The notes below the pieces were generated by a model. The model was not told where the DNA came from. It was given only the letters and a program-made list of their open reading frames with translations, and made no database searches. This document shows, piece by piece, positions 1-12,130 of a DNA stretch of 64,000 nt (position 1 is the stretch's first letter; each line of letters opens with the position of its first letter). The stretch comes from Octopus sinensis (lineage: Eukaryota). Where the stretch lies: assembly GCF_006345805.1 (NCBI RefSeq), contig NC_043012.1, forward strand, positions 17,422,001-17,486,000. The letters run 5' to 3'. A program made the translations under genes and the position numbers.

Positions 1-48
1 ATATATACATATATATATGTATGTGTGTGTGCATATACAGTATATATA

Positions 49-99
<51 letters not shown>

Positions 100-372
100 A
101 TGTGTGTACATATATATATGTGTGCTTGTGTGTTTGTATGTATGTATATATATATGTGTGTATTTGTGTGTGTATATATAGATATACATATACAGTATAT
201 ATATATACATATATATACATACACATACATACATACACACACATATCTATACATATGTGTATGTATGTGTGTGTATATATATATGTTTGTGTGTATATGT
301 GTGTATATATATATGTGTGTGTGTCTGTGTGTATGCATATGTTTAAATGTGTGTGTAGACTGTGTGTGTGTG
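1..372. repeat. Mixed (TA)n/(TG)n microsatellite
   Basis: Direct reading; explains ORFs 21..500 and 25..393. Confidence 0.95.
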
Positions 373-419
373 GTTACATACTTATTGCGATAATGCCAAA
401 ACTATCCCCTTCTGCTTAC

Positions 420-435
420 TCTCTCACTGCCATCT
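420..435 (-). other. Candidate 16-nt microexon (AGATGGCAGTGAGAGA)
   Basis: Minus strand: ~40-nt pyrimidine tract ending TTTTTCAG, 16 nt containing ATG GCA GTG AGA, then GTAAGC donor. No homology or expression support. Confidence 0.2.
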
Positions 436-1360
436 CTGAAAAAAAAATAATAAAAAATAAGGGAAGAAAAAAAGTCAAAGAGAATCACTGGAAAATATGA
501 ATCTATTTGAATGGTATGCAAGATCTAATAAAACTGACAAATCTGAGTGATTGCTGATAGCAAGAGAGACAAAAAAAAACGTTGTAGTTTATTAGTTACA
601 GAAACCGAAGCAACAACACAAAACACTACGCAGCTACTGTTAGTACAAGTTTGTATAATAGACAACAACATGTCAAAATCTCCCTTGTTTTCTCTTTCAC
701 TCTCTCTCTCTGTACTCCTCTCTGGAGCTCTATTAGTCTGTGACCAGATAGTGTGAGCATTTTTCATCGATAGAGTAAATAGTACATAGGTATAACAATA
801 TTTCGCTGGTAAACAGCCTTTTGTGCAATGTCAGGAACGTAATTAAATAAAACTACTGCCGAACTAATAAAAGCTGTTCGCTGAGATATGAAATGAAATA
901 AGTTTAGACAGACAGAATATCGCTGCATTGCTAAAATTGAATTTCTGCACTGAAAGATAAACACACGTTCATTGAAACATTCATGCGTACATATAAAAAC
1001 GTATGCGCGCATATATATAGACAAATATTCAAACGCAAACATACACACACACATATATATATTTGTATCATATCCATCTATCTAGCTACCTCTCTGTAAA
1101 TGTATTCTCCCATATTTACACAAATTATTATTGTTCATGCAAATATGTGTAGAGACATAAATATGTACAGATATGTGTATATATATATTATATATATGTA
1201 TGTATATTTTTACACACACACGCATGCACACTCATTCACATATGTAGAGGGAGGAAGAAGACCAGCGAAGAGGAAAGAAAAGAAATTATAATAACATTTT
1301 AAACCACAAGAGCAAGAATACAAAGTCATTATAATTGCAATGTAAGGGAAACACAAGAGG

Positions 1361-1393
1361 CATACAACGTTTCGGTCGATAGACCATTGTCAA
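1361..1393 (-). ncRNA. Decayed minimal hammerhead-like motif
   Basis: TTGACAAT-GGTC tatc GACC-GAAAC-GT-T-GTATG; stem II and ACGT helix III present, core deviates from CUGANGA, stem I partner lost. Confidence 0.25.
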
Positions 1394-1624
1394 AAAAAAG
1401 TTTGGTGAATAAAACGAGAGATTAATTGTAAAAGAATGTTAAGAGGAAAAACGAGATTAATATTAGTGGGTGTTCTTTGTAGTTGGTAGAAGAAATGTGA
1501 AAGTATAGTGGAGGAAGGCACAGTAGTGTTATGATTTGAAGTAACCAGAGCGGAATCTAAGGAAGATAAATTTGACCAGCGCCAGAAAGTTCAATGAAGT
1601 ACGTGCAGGAAAGCTTTAAATATT

Positions 1625-1650
1625 TATCTATCTGTCTGTCTGTCTGTATG

Positions 1651-1711
<61 letters not shown>

Positions 1712-1721
1712 GTATCTATCC

Positions 1722-1795
<74 letters not shown>

Positions 1796-1870
1796 ATGTC
1801 TGTATGTCTGTCTGTCTGTCTGCCTACTTGCCCGTCTGTCTGTCTGTCTATCTATCTATCCATCTAGCTA

Positions 1871-1928
<58 letters not shown>

Positions 1929-1930
1929 CG
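1625..1930. repeat. (TCTA)n/(TCTG)n microsatellite
   Basis: Direct reading. Confidence 0.95.
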
Positions 1931-2940
1931 TCAACACCTGCTCAATGGAGGGCTAAGCATACCGTGGTTGATGATGCGCTGAGATTGCGATATCTCCGGC
2001 TGTTCATAGACGACGGTCAACAAGTGTCATCGCCGTTTGTGCGGCGCGCTTTCCTGCAGCTCGTCTCCTTGACCGAACTGCAGTCGTGGATCAATCAGAG
2101 ACCGAGGCTAGGCGAATGGCACCGCGAGTCTCGCGTTGCTCTCAAGCAGCTCTACCGTCCGGGACTTCATTACAACAAAGGCGTTCTATAGAGGATTAGT
2201 GGAGGGATGTTGTGACGACGTTTTGGGGCCGGGTCCTATGGATAATCATCAAAGATTCCTGGCCTGGAAGTGCTATCGAGAAGCATTACCCGTTCGGGAT
2301 AAGCTCTATAGGCACGGTTCGAAACACCGGACCAAATGCGGTCAGAGCGACGAAACAGTTCTGCATGCCCTCGTGCAGTGTACAACCACTTCGGACCTGT
2401 GGGCTTATGCCGAACGGCTGCTGTCACATGTGGGACGAGTCCACCTGTCGGCCGAATCTATCGGGAAAATTGCTCCGCCACCTCCCCTCAACCGAGAAGG
2501 CATGGCAGTCTTCAACGTACTGGTGGCCATGGTGAAAGAATGTGTGTAGTGGACTCGAGCGAAAGGATTAGAGACAAACACTTTGACCAATCGCTCGTAA
2601 ACTTTTTCAAGTACCACTTGGGTGAATGTAGCAAAGATGGTTCGTGCGAGTGATGAAATGACTTTGAGCATGATCCTGTAAATCGAAAACAGAGAGATAG
2701 AGAGCACTTTCATCTCTTATGTTTATTCCCTTCCTGCCTGAGGTTACCGTGGTCATTTCTGCAGGCTTTTCTTTCTACAGATAAACCTAACCTTATTTTT
2801 TACCTTTTTAAAATTCTTCTGTGATACACGATCCATTTTGATCGTCTTTTTTTTCCTGATCCCTTTTGATTGGAATTTTACATTTTTTCTTATATTCCCC
2901 TTTTTTTTTCATTTTCGCAAAGAAAAGTTCTACATTTGTA
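1931..2940 (+). mobile_element. 5'-truncated L1/Tx1-like LINE, 3' end of ORF2 plus T-rich 3' UTR
   Basis: Frameshifted peptides LNGGLSIPWLMMR..LRLRYLR, FLAWKCYREALPVRDKLYRHG..CGQSDETVLHALVQC..LWAYAERLL..LVNFFKYHL resemble the zf-RVT/C-terminal Cys-His region of L1-clade ORF2. Confidence 0.8.
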
Positions 2941-2987
2941 TTTATCCATCCATCCATCCATCCATCCATCCATCCATCCATCCATCC

Positions 2988-3075
<88 letters not shown>

Positions 3076-3814
3076 GTCCTATCTATCTATCTATCTATCT
3101 AGTTTTGATTACAGGGGATCCATAAAGAATGAAAGCACATCAAAGTGATATACATCTCAAACTGCCTTGACAAAATGACACAAAACCGTTAAAGAATCCA
3201 ATTTTTCAGCATGAAATGCATCGACGGGAGAAGCTCAATTTTGTTAGATTATTCCACTAGTATCCAAGTGTATCGAAAATTATTCAACGATGAATAGAAT
3301 CTAAAGCGTGGCATAACGAAACAATAAAAGCAGATGAATGAGTTTCATTAGGAATCTTTATTGTCACACATCGCCATACAATTTGTTAGACTGCGTAATA
3401 TTCTATTTGTTCGGTAATATTCTGTCGGAACTTTATTTTCAAGTTAAATTGGGTGAACGAGGAACTGATCCTGACTTTAAAGTAACATGGTGCACTAAAT
3501 TATTTTTAAGGGGCAGCTCCGTGAGTTGCCTTTGAATGAGTTTTTATAAGGTTGAATGTCTTGCTTGGTGCCTACTATCTTCTTATTTGCGTAGTTCTGC
3601 CACTTCTGGCGTTTGTAGACGAGGTTGCTAGGCTTCATAACTTCTGTAGAATATTTCCTTTTAATCTTCCTATGTTTACGACCTTATTCCGCTATCTACC
3701 CCGCTATACAGACAGGCTTGAGACACACTGACATAAATTTTTTAAATGTTGGTAATTCTGATTTGAAATTTTATTGTTGAGTATTTGCCGACTGATTAAC
3801 AAGTCGCTGTTGAT

Positions 3815-4535
3815 TAATCAACGGCCGAGTTAGCAACCAGTGAAGCAGAACTACAGGAATTCACCCACAAATTGGAGAAAGTGCCTGTAGCACACATGAT
3901 GGTGATAGGCCCTGAAACGAGCAAAATCCTGGTTAGTAGTAACAAACAAACACAACAAACATCATGCTACACGGCGAGTGACTTGACGAAGTGGACACAT
4001 TGAACTACCTAGGATCCACTTTGACCAAGAAAGGCAGATCTCAAGACTCAGTTTGGGCTCTGCTGCCATGACGAAGCTGAATAACATATGGAGAATTAAT
4101 TCCATTAGTTTTCCAGTGAAACCTGTACCCTGGTGACTTCAATCTTTCTGTATGTGTGAGAGAACGGAACTCTTGCAGTCGACATGGAGCGAAGTATACA
4201 GGCATTTGAGTAGAAATGTTTCAGTATGTTGTTACACATTCAATTCACAGAGCAGAAAACGAACAGCTTTGTCAGGCAGCAAGTGAACAAGCACTCTGGC
4301 AGACAGGAAGCACTTATTGCGAAGATAAGAAGATGGAAGCTTGCGTAGTACGGTCTTGTATCCAGCTACAACACCCTGTCCAAAACCATTCTTCAGGGTA
4401 CAGTTGATGACGGGAGAAAGAGAGGCAGAGAGGTAGAGCTCTGGTTTGAAAACATCGAGGACTGAATAGGTCACACCACAACGAGCCTGCTACACATGAC
4501 AGACAAGGGAGGGACCAGTGGCGTCGGCTGAATAG
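3815..4535 (+). mobile_element. Decayed RTE-clade LINE, RT C-terminal/thumb fragment
   Basis: Manual translation: LATSEAELQEFTHKL..DEVDTLNYLGSTLT..SAAMTKLNNIW..NTLSKTILQGTVDDGRKRGR; many stops and frameshifts. Confidence 0.8.
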
Positions 4536-4583
<48 letters not shown>

Positions 4584-4762
4584 ATAATAATAAAATATTA
4601 GGGAATAAATCCAAATTTACAGGGAAAAAATCAGATTTAGGATTAAATCCAATTTTATAGTAAAATATAAAATATTATTAGAGACAAAACCACTATTTTG
4701 CAAACAAAACAAGGAAAGACTTAATCAATACATAAAATTTTAATAAATAGTCAAAAAAACCG

Positions 4763-4805
4763 CCACTACAATTGTTACTTGTCTTGATCGACAATCTTCA
4801 GGTGG
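4763..4805 (-). ncRNA. Minimal type I hammerhead-like motif (left arm of palindrome)
   Basis: CCAC-CTGAAGA-TTGTC gatcaa GACAA-GTAAC-AATT-GTA-GTGG; GAAA is altered to GTAA. Confidence 0.5.
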
Positions 4806-4872
4806 ACTTCCAATAAGTCAGTTTCAAATTATTGATAATTATTTCATAATTTGAAACTGACTTATTGGAAGT

Positions 4873-4915
4873 CCACCTGAAGATTGTCGATCAAGACAAG
4901 TAACAATTGTAGTGG
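4873..4915 (+). ncRNA. Minimal type I hammerhead-like motif (right arm of palindrome)
   Basis: Same motif: stem I CCAC/GTGG, stem II TTGTC/GACAA, palindromic helix III ACAATTGT, GUA site, GAAA>GTAA. Confidence 0.5.
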
Positions 4916-5995
4916 CGTTTTTTTTTGACTATTTATTAAAATTTTATGTATTGATTAAGTCTTTCCTTGTTTGTTTTGCAAAATAGTGGTTTTGTCTCTA
5001 TAATATTTTATATATATTATATATATATATATATATATAATATATATATATTGTTGCTATTATGTTAAAATGCCGGATGTCCCAATTCAAGCGTTTTATT
5101 CAATATTTATTTTAGCTTCCAATAGCCGGTTCTTTTGGCCAAGCCATCGTACCTCAAGCTGCTTCAGATGCCAAGATATCAAAAACTGTCAAAGTGTAGT
5201 AGAACAGGTTTGCTATGGAATGGTGAAACTATTTTTTCGTTTTCTGCAAAAGCAAAGTTTTGGACTTACGACATTTTTGCATAGTAGCAACGATATATAT
5301 ATACATATACTAGCTGACGTACCGGGTAATTCCCTTGGTTTCGTTCTTATAATTGCTTCGTTAATCCAATAACAACAATACAAAGTATGTAGCACTTAAA
5401 ACGGTTTTTGTGCATTTACAGGGAATACCGAACTACCTTACAGGATCTTGTTTTTAGGAATTCCCAATAAGTTATGAATACCCCAATTGTGAAGTCAGCT
5501 ATGTAATAACATGGAATTAGTTACTCGATAGTCAGAACTCAAATAAAGTAGCCCCCAAAAAGGCTTTAATTCGTTCTCAGTGTACATAGAACATAGGACG
5601 AAATACTAAAAAGGTATGTATAGTAAAGTCGTGAACCATGTTACGTAATAACAGGCTAATCAGATATGAAATAATAACAATTCAAAGTAAATAACTCTGA
5701 AAAGGACCATTGTGCATTCCCAGAGAATATTACCCTCAACCGAAATCTATTGCTTAGGGAAATACTATTTACTTGTTTACGGGTTGCACTGGATAAATTG
5801 CGAAAATAATTCTAACACTTAAAAGCCTTGAAAGGTAATAATTATTATTAAGATTATAATTTAGAGTATCTAAGAGATACCACCAAGCTGGAAATAGCAG
5901 CCAAAACGTGACTCTAAAACCACATTAAGTGTTCATACAGCACCAGGAGAGAAAACAAAGAGACAAAATAAACTAGCAAAAAAAAATTACTCGAT

Positions 5996-6056
5996 AATTC
6001 CACATACCGGATTTCTGGCTCTGCATAAGAAATGCTCTGCCTTCATCAGTGGAATA
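5996..6056 (-). ncRNA. Degenerate hammerhead motif in an unclassified repeat
   Basis: ATTCCA-CTGATGA-A-GGC aga GCAT ttctt ATGC aga GCC-A-GAAA-TCCGG-TA-tg-TGGAAT; core intact, helix III and stem I slightly out of register. Confidence 0.5.
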
Positions 6057-6216
6057 TACTTAGATAGCACATAATTTATATAAACTTATAAATTTATTTC
6101 GATGTTATATTCACTGCGGTGGTATTTTAACCATATCGCATGAGGATTTTTAGGTGAGCAATTTAAACTGGGCATATATATGTATACGTTCGTATATGTA
6201 AGTTTATCATATGTTG

Positions 6217-6250
<34 letters not shown>

Positions 6251-6516
6251 ATCTATGTGTGTGTGGTGTGTTTGTGTGTGTGCGTGTGTGTGTGTGTGTA
6301 TGTATATATATATTAGAAATATTGAATTTCTAAATGTCTCAACGAGACATGAGCGGTGGTTGAGCGATAGAGTAGTTGTATAAAGTCAACATAACGTGAC
6401 AGTCCCGTAGAGGGAATTACACCACCGCTATATAGCCTTATGAAGCATCGACGCTTCCTGTCGGCTTTGACACATTTGCTGTGTCCCTATCACCGCTAGC
6501 GAGGACACGATACCCT

Positions 6517-6556
6517 GGACTGACGACGGGCAAGACCCAGAAACATGCATGTCTCC
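6517..6556 (+). ncRNA. Minimal type I hammerhead ribozyme with intact core
   Basis: GGA-CTGACGA-C-GGG caaga CCC-A-GAAAC-ATGCAT-GTC-TCC; helix III is the 10-nt palindrome ACATGCATGT; GUC cleavage triplet. Confidence 0.75.
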
Positions 6557-6594
6557 TAGCTGCTAGTTCTAGCTGGTGGAGGTGTTTGCTTCCC

Positions 6595-6910
6595 CTTTGC
6601 AAATATAAGGACCCGGAAATGGAGGTAACTCGAATGTGGAATCTGAAAACAGAAACAATTCCTGTCTTTGTAGGCGCATTAGGTAGGATAAAAAAATATT
6701 CAGACAAGCACATAACCAAAACACCAGGACTTACAAACACATATAACATACATAAAATTGCACTACTGGGCACTGCACACATCCTACGCAAAACACTTTC
6801 AATACAGTAACCATCAGAGCATCACAACAAATCACAACACATACCCAAGGCACACAGAACTGCGCTCGGCAGTGAAGTGAAAGCACGCTATAAAAATAAA
6901 ACTACTGAAT
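6595..6910 (+). mobile_element. R4/Dong-like (RLE) LINE, extreme 3' end
   Basis: KYKDPEMEVTRMWNLKTETIPVFVGALGRIKK..KIALLGTAHILRKTLSIQ*, then UTR ending in (AAT)n. Confidence 0.85.
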
Positions 6911-6927
6911 AATAATAATAATAATAA

Positions 6928-7080
6928 CGTTGAAAAATACCTTAGGAATGAGAAGCCAGGTTCGAAATTACCCCAAGACATCTGATGAAGCCTGGAGGGT
7001 ATATCAGCCGAAACGTTGTGTTAACAACAAACAAGATGAGGACAAATATCCGTCAAATGTAAATAATGTAAATAACGTAT
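6928..7080 (+). mobile_element. Hammerhead-bearing repeat tail (family H), copy 1; ribozyme 6977-7022
   Basis: GACAT-CTGATGA-A-GCCTG gagggtatat CAGCC-GAAAC-GT-T-GTGTT; near-identical to copies at 38.9, 39.6, 40.1 and 58.2 kb. Confidence 0.85.
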
Positions 7081-7375
7081 ATACTTTGCTCCTCCAGCGT
7101 AGCCTTTGAGGAATATAGACTATGCTAATGAGGTTTAATAAAACTGAAGCTGATTTAGAAATGATAGTGCAGATCTAAATATCAGACTCTCTTCGCACCA
7201 CATTTCATATTGAATTTATTTCATTTAATTAAAATTTCGGAGATATCAATTCCGTGTTTTTAAGCATGATTCTATATTTTTGATGATAATAGATCGCATC
7301 AATAACTGAGCTAAGACTTCTTGGCAACAGTACAAGCCGTCATGTATGCAAACACGTGCATGCACATAGCCACAA

Positions 7376-7446
<71 letters not shown>

Positions 7447-7557
7447 TATGGGTATATGTATGTATGTATGTATGTATGTATGCATATATATATTTTATTC
7501 TTTGGCTTGTTTGTGTCATTTTGACTGTGGCCATTCTGGAGGAGCGCCTTTTATCTC

Positions 7558-8365
7558 TCTCTATATAAAACTGAGAATGTGTGTCTGTCTGTCTGTGTGT
7601 TTCCCTAAAACTTGAGAACTACACAACCAATTTCATTCAAATTTTACACATGTCTTACTTAGGGATCGGGGAGTGTCATCGGCAAAAACACATTTTAAAC
7701 GTTTCCCCTAGGGCGAGCCCACAGCAATATCATATCTTCTCCACTACGATTCCCTAAAACTTGAGAACTACACAACCAATTTCATTGAAATTTTACACAT
7801 GCCTTACTTAGGCTCCATGTCGTTTCATGGGCAAAAAAATGTTTAACTTCTTGCCTAGAGCGAGACCATAGCAATATCATATCTTCTCCACTATTTTAGT
7901 ATTACGTGTTAAAAGTGAAACAAAAACATTTCTCTATTTTATGTCAGATACTTTCACTTTAACAATAAAAATAATAATAACAATTGAATTATATGTAGTA
8001 AGTAATAATTAAAATCAAACTAAAGTATAATATAATCGTAACATAACAAAAGTAAAAATAGCAATTGGTATAAAACTGCATCAATGACTTGAACTTGAAT
8101 AAGTGGTTTCACATGAATGGGAATAAATTAAAAATAAAATTAGCGTGCAGAAATGGAATAGTCCAGATGGATAATAAAAAATTAAATTAAAGAAATGACT
8201 ATTGTCTATAAAGTATACAATGTAGAGAAAAAAGAAGATTTGAACACATGGAGGAAAGCACCATCGAAAAGTGTCTTGGTGCGACTATGAAACATATCTA
8301 AACAGGCGGTAAATTCGCCACAATAGAAGCAAGGTTCAAGTCAACGGAGCGTGCAAGGGAGTACT
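7558..8365 (+). mobile_element. Probable non-autonomous Helitron-like repeat with internal 149-bp tandem duplication (7601-7749, 7750-7893)
   Basis: Starts TCTATATAAAAC; two diverged direct copies beginning TTCCCTAAAACTTGAGAACTAC; 3' end not canonical. Confidence 0.45.
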
Positions 8366-8763
8366 CGACTCGAACTTGCGAAGTGGAAATATTTTATTTT
8401 TACCTTTATATCTGGGACGTAGGACGTGCCGGATAAAAATTAAAAATGCCCCCTCCCGAAGTTGAGGTAGGCTGGATTGTAGCCACACTTCTATACAAGA
8501 GGGAGGACAAGATACAATTGATCAAAATTGCAAGAGACGGGCTTACAATTCCAGTCTGTTATATATTTTGAGCATTGTTATCACTAGCGATATCAAGATA
8601 TAACTTTGTATTTTGTATTTTATGTGTAGATGTATATATATAGATGTACATGTAATATGTACAGATATATATACACATATACATGCACTAGCATTATGAT
8701 CCGGCAACGACGGGTCATAATGCTAGTATGTAATATAAAAGTATGCATAAAGGTATATATTAA

Positions 8764-8886
8764 GTCGAGGTGTGACTGTGTGGTAAGACGCTTGCTTTCC
8801 AACCTCATGGCTCTAGGTTCAATCCCACTACGTGGAACCATGTGCGACTATTTTTGGGCCGACCAAAGCCCTGTGAGTGGATTTGG

Positions 8887-8887
<1 letters not shown>
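8764..8887 (+). mobile_element. tRNA-derived SINE family A, 5' fragment
   Basis: A-box-like TGACTGTGTGG, B-box-like GGTTCAATCCC, GGGCCGACCAAAGCC..GTGAGTGGATTTGGTA shared with other copies. Confidence 0.7.
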
Positions 8888-8917
<30 letters not shown>

Positions 8918-9007
8918 GGTATATATATATGTATATATATGTGTATATATATATGTATATATATATATGTATATATTATATGTATATATATATATATATA
9001 TATTATA

Positions 9008-9038
<31 letters not shown>

Positions 9039-9221
9039 ATATATATAAATCCATATACATATCCACAATTTGTGTGTGTGTCTATGCATAACGATATATG
9101 TATATATACACATAATCGTCTCTATATGTATATAAAATTATATACACGTGTGTGCATCCACATACTTACCTACATATACAGAAGTATATATACGCATATA
9201 TATGAACGTGCATGCATATAT

Positions 9222-9284
<63 letters not shown>

Positions 9285-9299
9285 TACAGAGAGCGAGAG

Positions 9300-9335
<36 letters not shown>

Positions 9336-9665
9336 TGTGTGTGCATCAATGAAACATGTGTATATATCTGTGTGTGGATATTTATGAACGTTTGTTGGAA
9401 AAGTTAGCGAAAGTCTTTTGAGATATTTATGCCCTGTGTACGCGGTTCATTTGGCGCACAGTCTTGGTCAGTTCTGTAGACATTTCTTGAGAGACTGTCA
9501 ATATTTAAATGTTATAATCGGTTTAGTTGTTGTTCACCGCTGGAAATACGTCGTTGCTTGAGCAGATTAAAGCTTTAATCTGTCTTCTCTGGTCTCTGCT
9601 ATCTACCGATGGAACCCACCGGTCTACTGTGCATTCGTAAGCAGTAGATAATAATAATAATAATA

Positions 9666-9717
<52 letters not shown>

Positions 9718-9974
9718 GATGATGACGATGATGATGATGATGATAGCTACAACGACAAGAACAAAAATATTAATAACATTAATGATCAAAAGAAAATTAT
9801 GATTAGCTTATCGCGAATTAGGATTTGTCAAAGAAATTCAGGTGGAGTCTTTCCTTCTGACCATAGTGGTTGTATAAATCTGTCTCTTTGTTGTTAAGAC
9901 TCTTGTCGTTATCTGTTAAGTTTTCGATTTTCATCTCTCTTTCGCGCGCGCGCTCTCTCTCTCCCTGACCTACG

Positions 9975-10048
<74 letters not shown>

Positions 10049-10141
10049 GTCCGGCTGTCTGTCTGTCTATGTATGTATGTATGTATGTATCTATCTATCT
10101 ATTTATGTATCTATCCGTCTGTCTGTCTATATATCTATGTG

Positions 10142-10183
<42 letters not shown>

Positions 10184-10557
10184 AATCTGTCTGTCTGTCT
10201 GTCTGTCTGTCTGCCTGCCTGCCTGCCTGCCTGTCTCTCTGTCTATCTCTCTACCTGTCTGTATGTCTGTCTCTCTATCTATCTAACTATCTATCTCAGT
10301 TTGTCTATCACACACAGATATACACACACATACACGCATGCGCTTATATAGATATGCCAATCTCTCGCTAATTCCCTTCCTAAATATTTATTTGTATGCT
10401 TACGTATACACATATGTACATACGTATGTATGTCTGTATGTCTGTATGTATTTATTTATGTATGTATATATGTATGTATGTATTTATGTATGTATGTGTA
10501 TGTATATATGTATGTATGAATCACTATATGTATGTATGGTGTATGTTTGTGTGTACT

Positions 10558-11305
10558 TATGAGGTGCGCTGAAAATGTACCAGACTTAATCTTTTCTCGA
10601 CAGAACTAAAGCCGTGTGAATAAAATTCATTGGGTTGGACGTGAAGCCACTCCTCCTGCGTATTGGAAATTTTCGTGCCGGTAGGGCGCGTCAGTTCCCT
10701 GCTGTTACGCCCAGAGGACAGACGTGTATTTCGCGCTCGTCCGATTCTCGTTTCCCCGCAAGATGGCCGAAGGCATCGAGCAGAGTCCATAAACCCATGT
10801 CTCACCACCAGCACTGATATTCTTCATGAGGCCTGGGTGGTGCTTTGCACACTCCAGCATGCCCTGAACTATTTCCGTGCTGGGTTGCACTGGGGTCGAA
10901 TTTTGCCGACACACTCTGTATACACAAATCCTCCGTTATATGCACCGGTCCTCTACTTATTCCCACTTCTTGAGCAATTTCCTCGATTGTTACACGGCAG
11001 TCTTCCATTACTATTTGCTAAACCCTCTCAATCAGCCACCACTTTCGGCTTGTGGGAGGCCTGCATGAACGAGCCTCGATCTCCACTGAGGTGCAGCTGA
11101 GTTTCAAGCGGTTGCACCACTCCTTGATCTGAGTTTTACACATGGTATCATCGCCGAAGGCCTACCGTGTCTTGTGGATGGTTTGAACTTGTGTATCACT
11201 TAGCTTTGGCAAAATTCGAAGCAATATCTCTGCCATGTGTCTCTACTCGATGCGTTCGGTTGGCGGGCAAATATAAAATCGGAGACTATTTGAACGCAGC
11301 ACGAA
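10558..11305 (-). mobile_element. Internally deleted mariner transposon
   Basis: EDCRVTIEEIAQEVGIS..VSAKF, EIVQGMLECA..MKNISAGGETWVYG (GDETW motif); diverged TA-flanked terminal repeats. Confidence 0.85.
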
Positions 11306-11330
11306 TGCATCATATTCTTCTATGCTTTTA

Positions 11331-11562
11331 TGTGTTTCAGTCATGTGACTGAAGCCATGATGGGGCATTGCCTTCAAGGGTGTTAGTCGAAGAAATCGAC
11401 TCTAGGAATTATTATTTGTAAACCTAGTAATTATTCTGGGTTCAAACCGCTAAGTTACGGGGACATAAACACACCAGCATCGCTTATGAAGCGATGGTGG
11501 AGAGATAAACACAGACACATAGACGCGCGCACACACACATACACACACAAGTATATACCCCC

Positions 11563-11629
<67 letters not shown>

Positions 11630-11815
11630 TATATGTATGTATGTATATATACATATATCCGACGTGCTTCTTCCAGTTTCCGTCTATTAAATCCACTCAC
11701 AAGTCTTTGGTCGGCCCGTGGCTATAGTCGAAGACACAGTTGGAGTGAACCGGGAACCAATGTGGTTGTGGAGCACGCTTTTTCCCACACATCCATACCT
11801 GCGTCTCTACAGATA
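11331..11815 (-). mobile_element. SINE family A, diverged near-full copy
   Basis: Reverse complement of the family A head, body and tail with an internal microsatellite. Confidence 0.75.
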
Positions 11816-12070
11816 CATCTATGTGTGTACGTTTTACTTCTTCCAGTCATCGGATTACGGCCATGCTGGAGCACTGCCTTGACTAAACAAATCGACCCCA
11901 GTATTCATTTTAAAAATCCGTTATTAACATTATCGTTTTCCTTTGCGTAACTGCAAAATTACGGGAACGTTAATAAACTATCGTCGTTGCTAAGCGGAAG
12001 AAAGTGTGACAACCACAAAGACTATAGCAAAGACATACAAATTACACTCACACATACCTACACGCACACG

Positions 12071-12130
<60 letters not shown>

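Larger units (their letters stand above)
4531..5061. repeat. Long inverted repeat (fold-back); core arms 4666-4832 and 4846-5012
   Basis: Arms are reverse complements with about 3 differences, 13-nt spacer; outer AATAGCAACAA/TTGTTGCTATT plus (TA)n also inverted. Confidence 0.95.
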
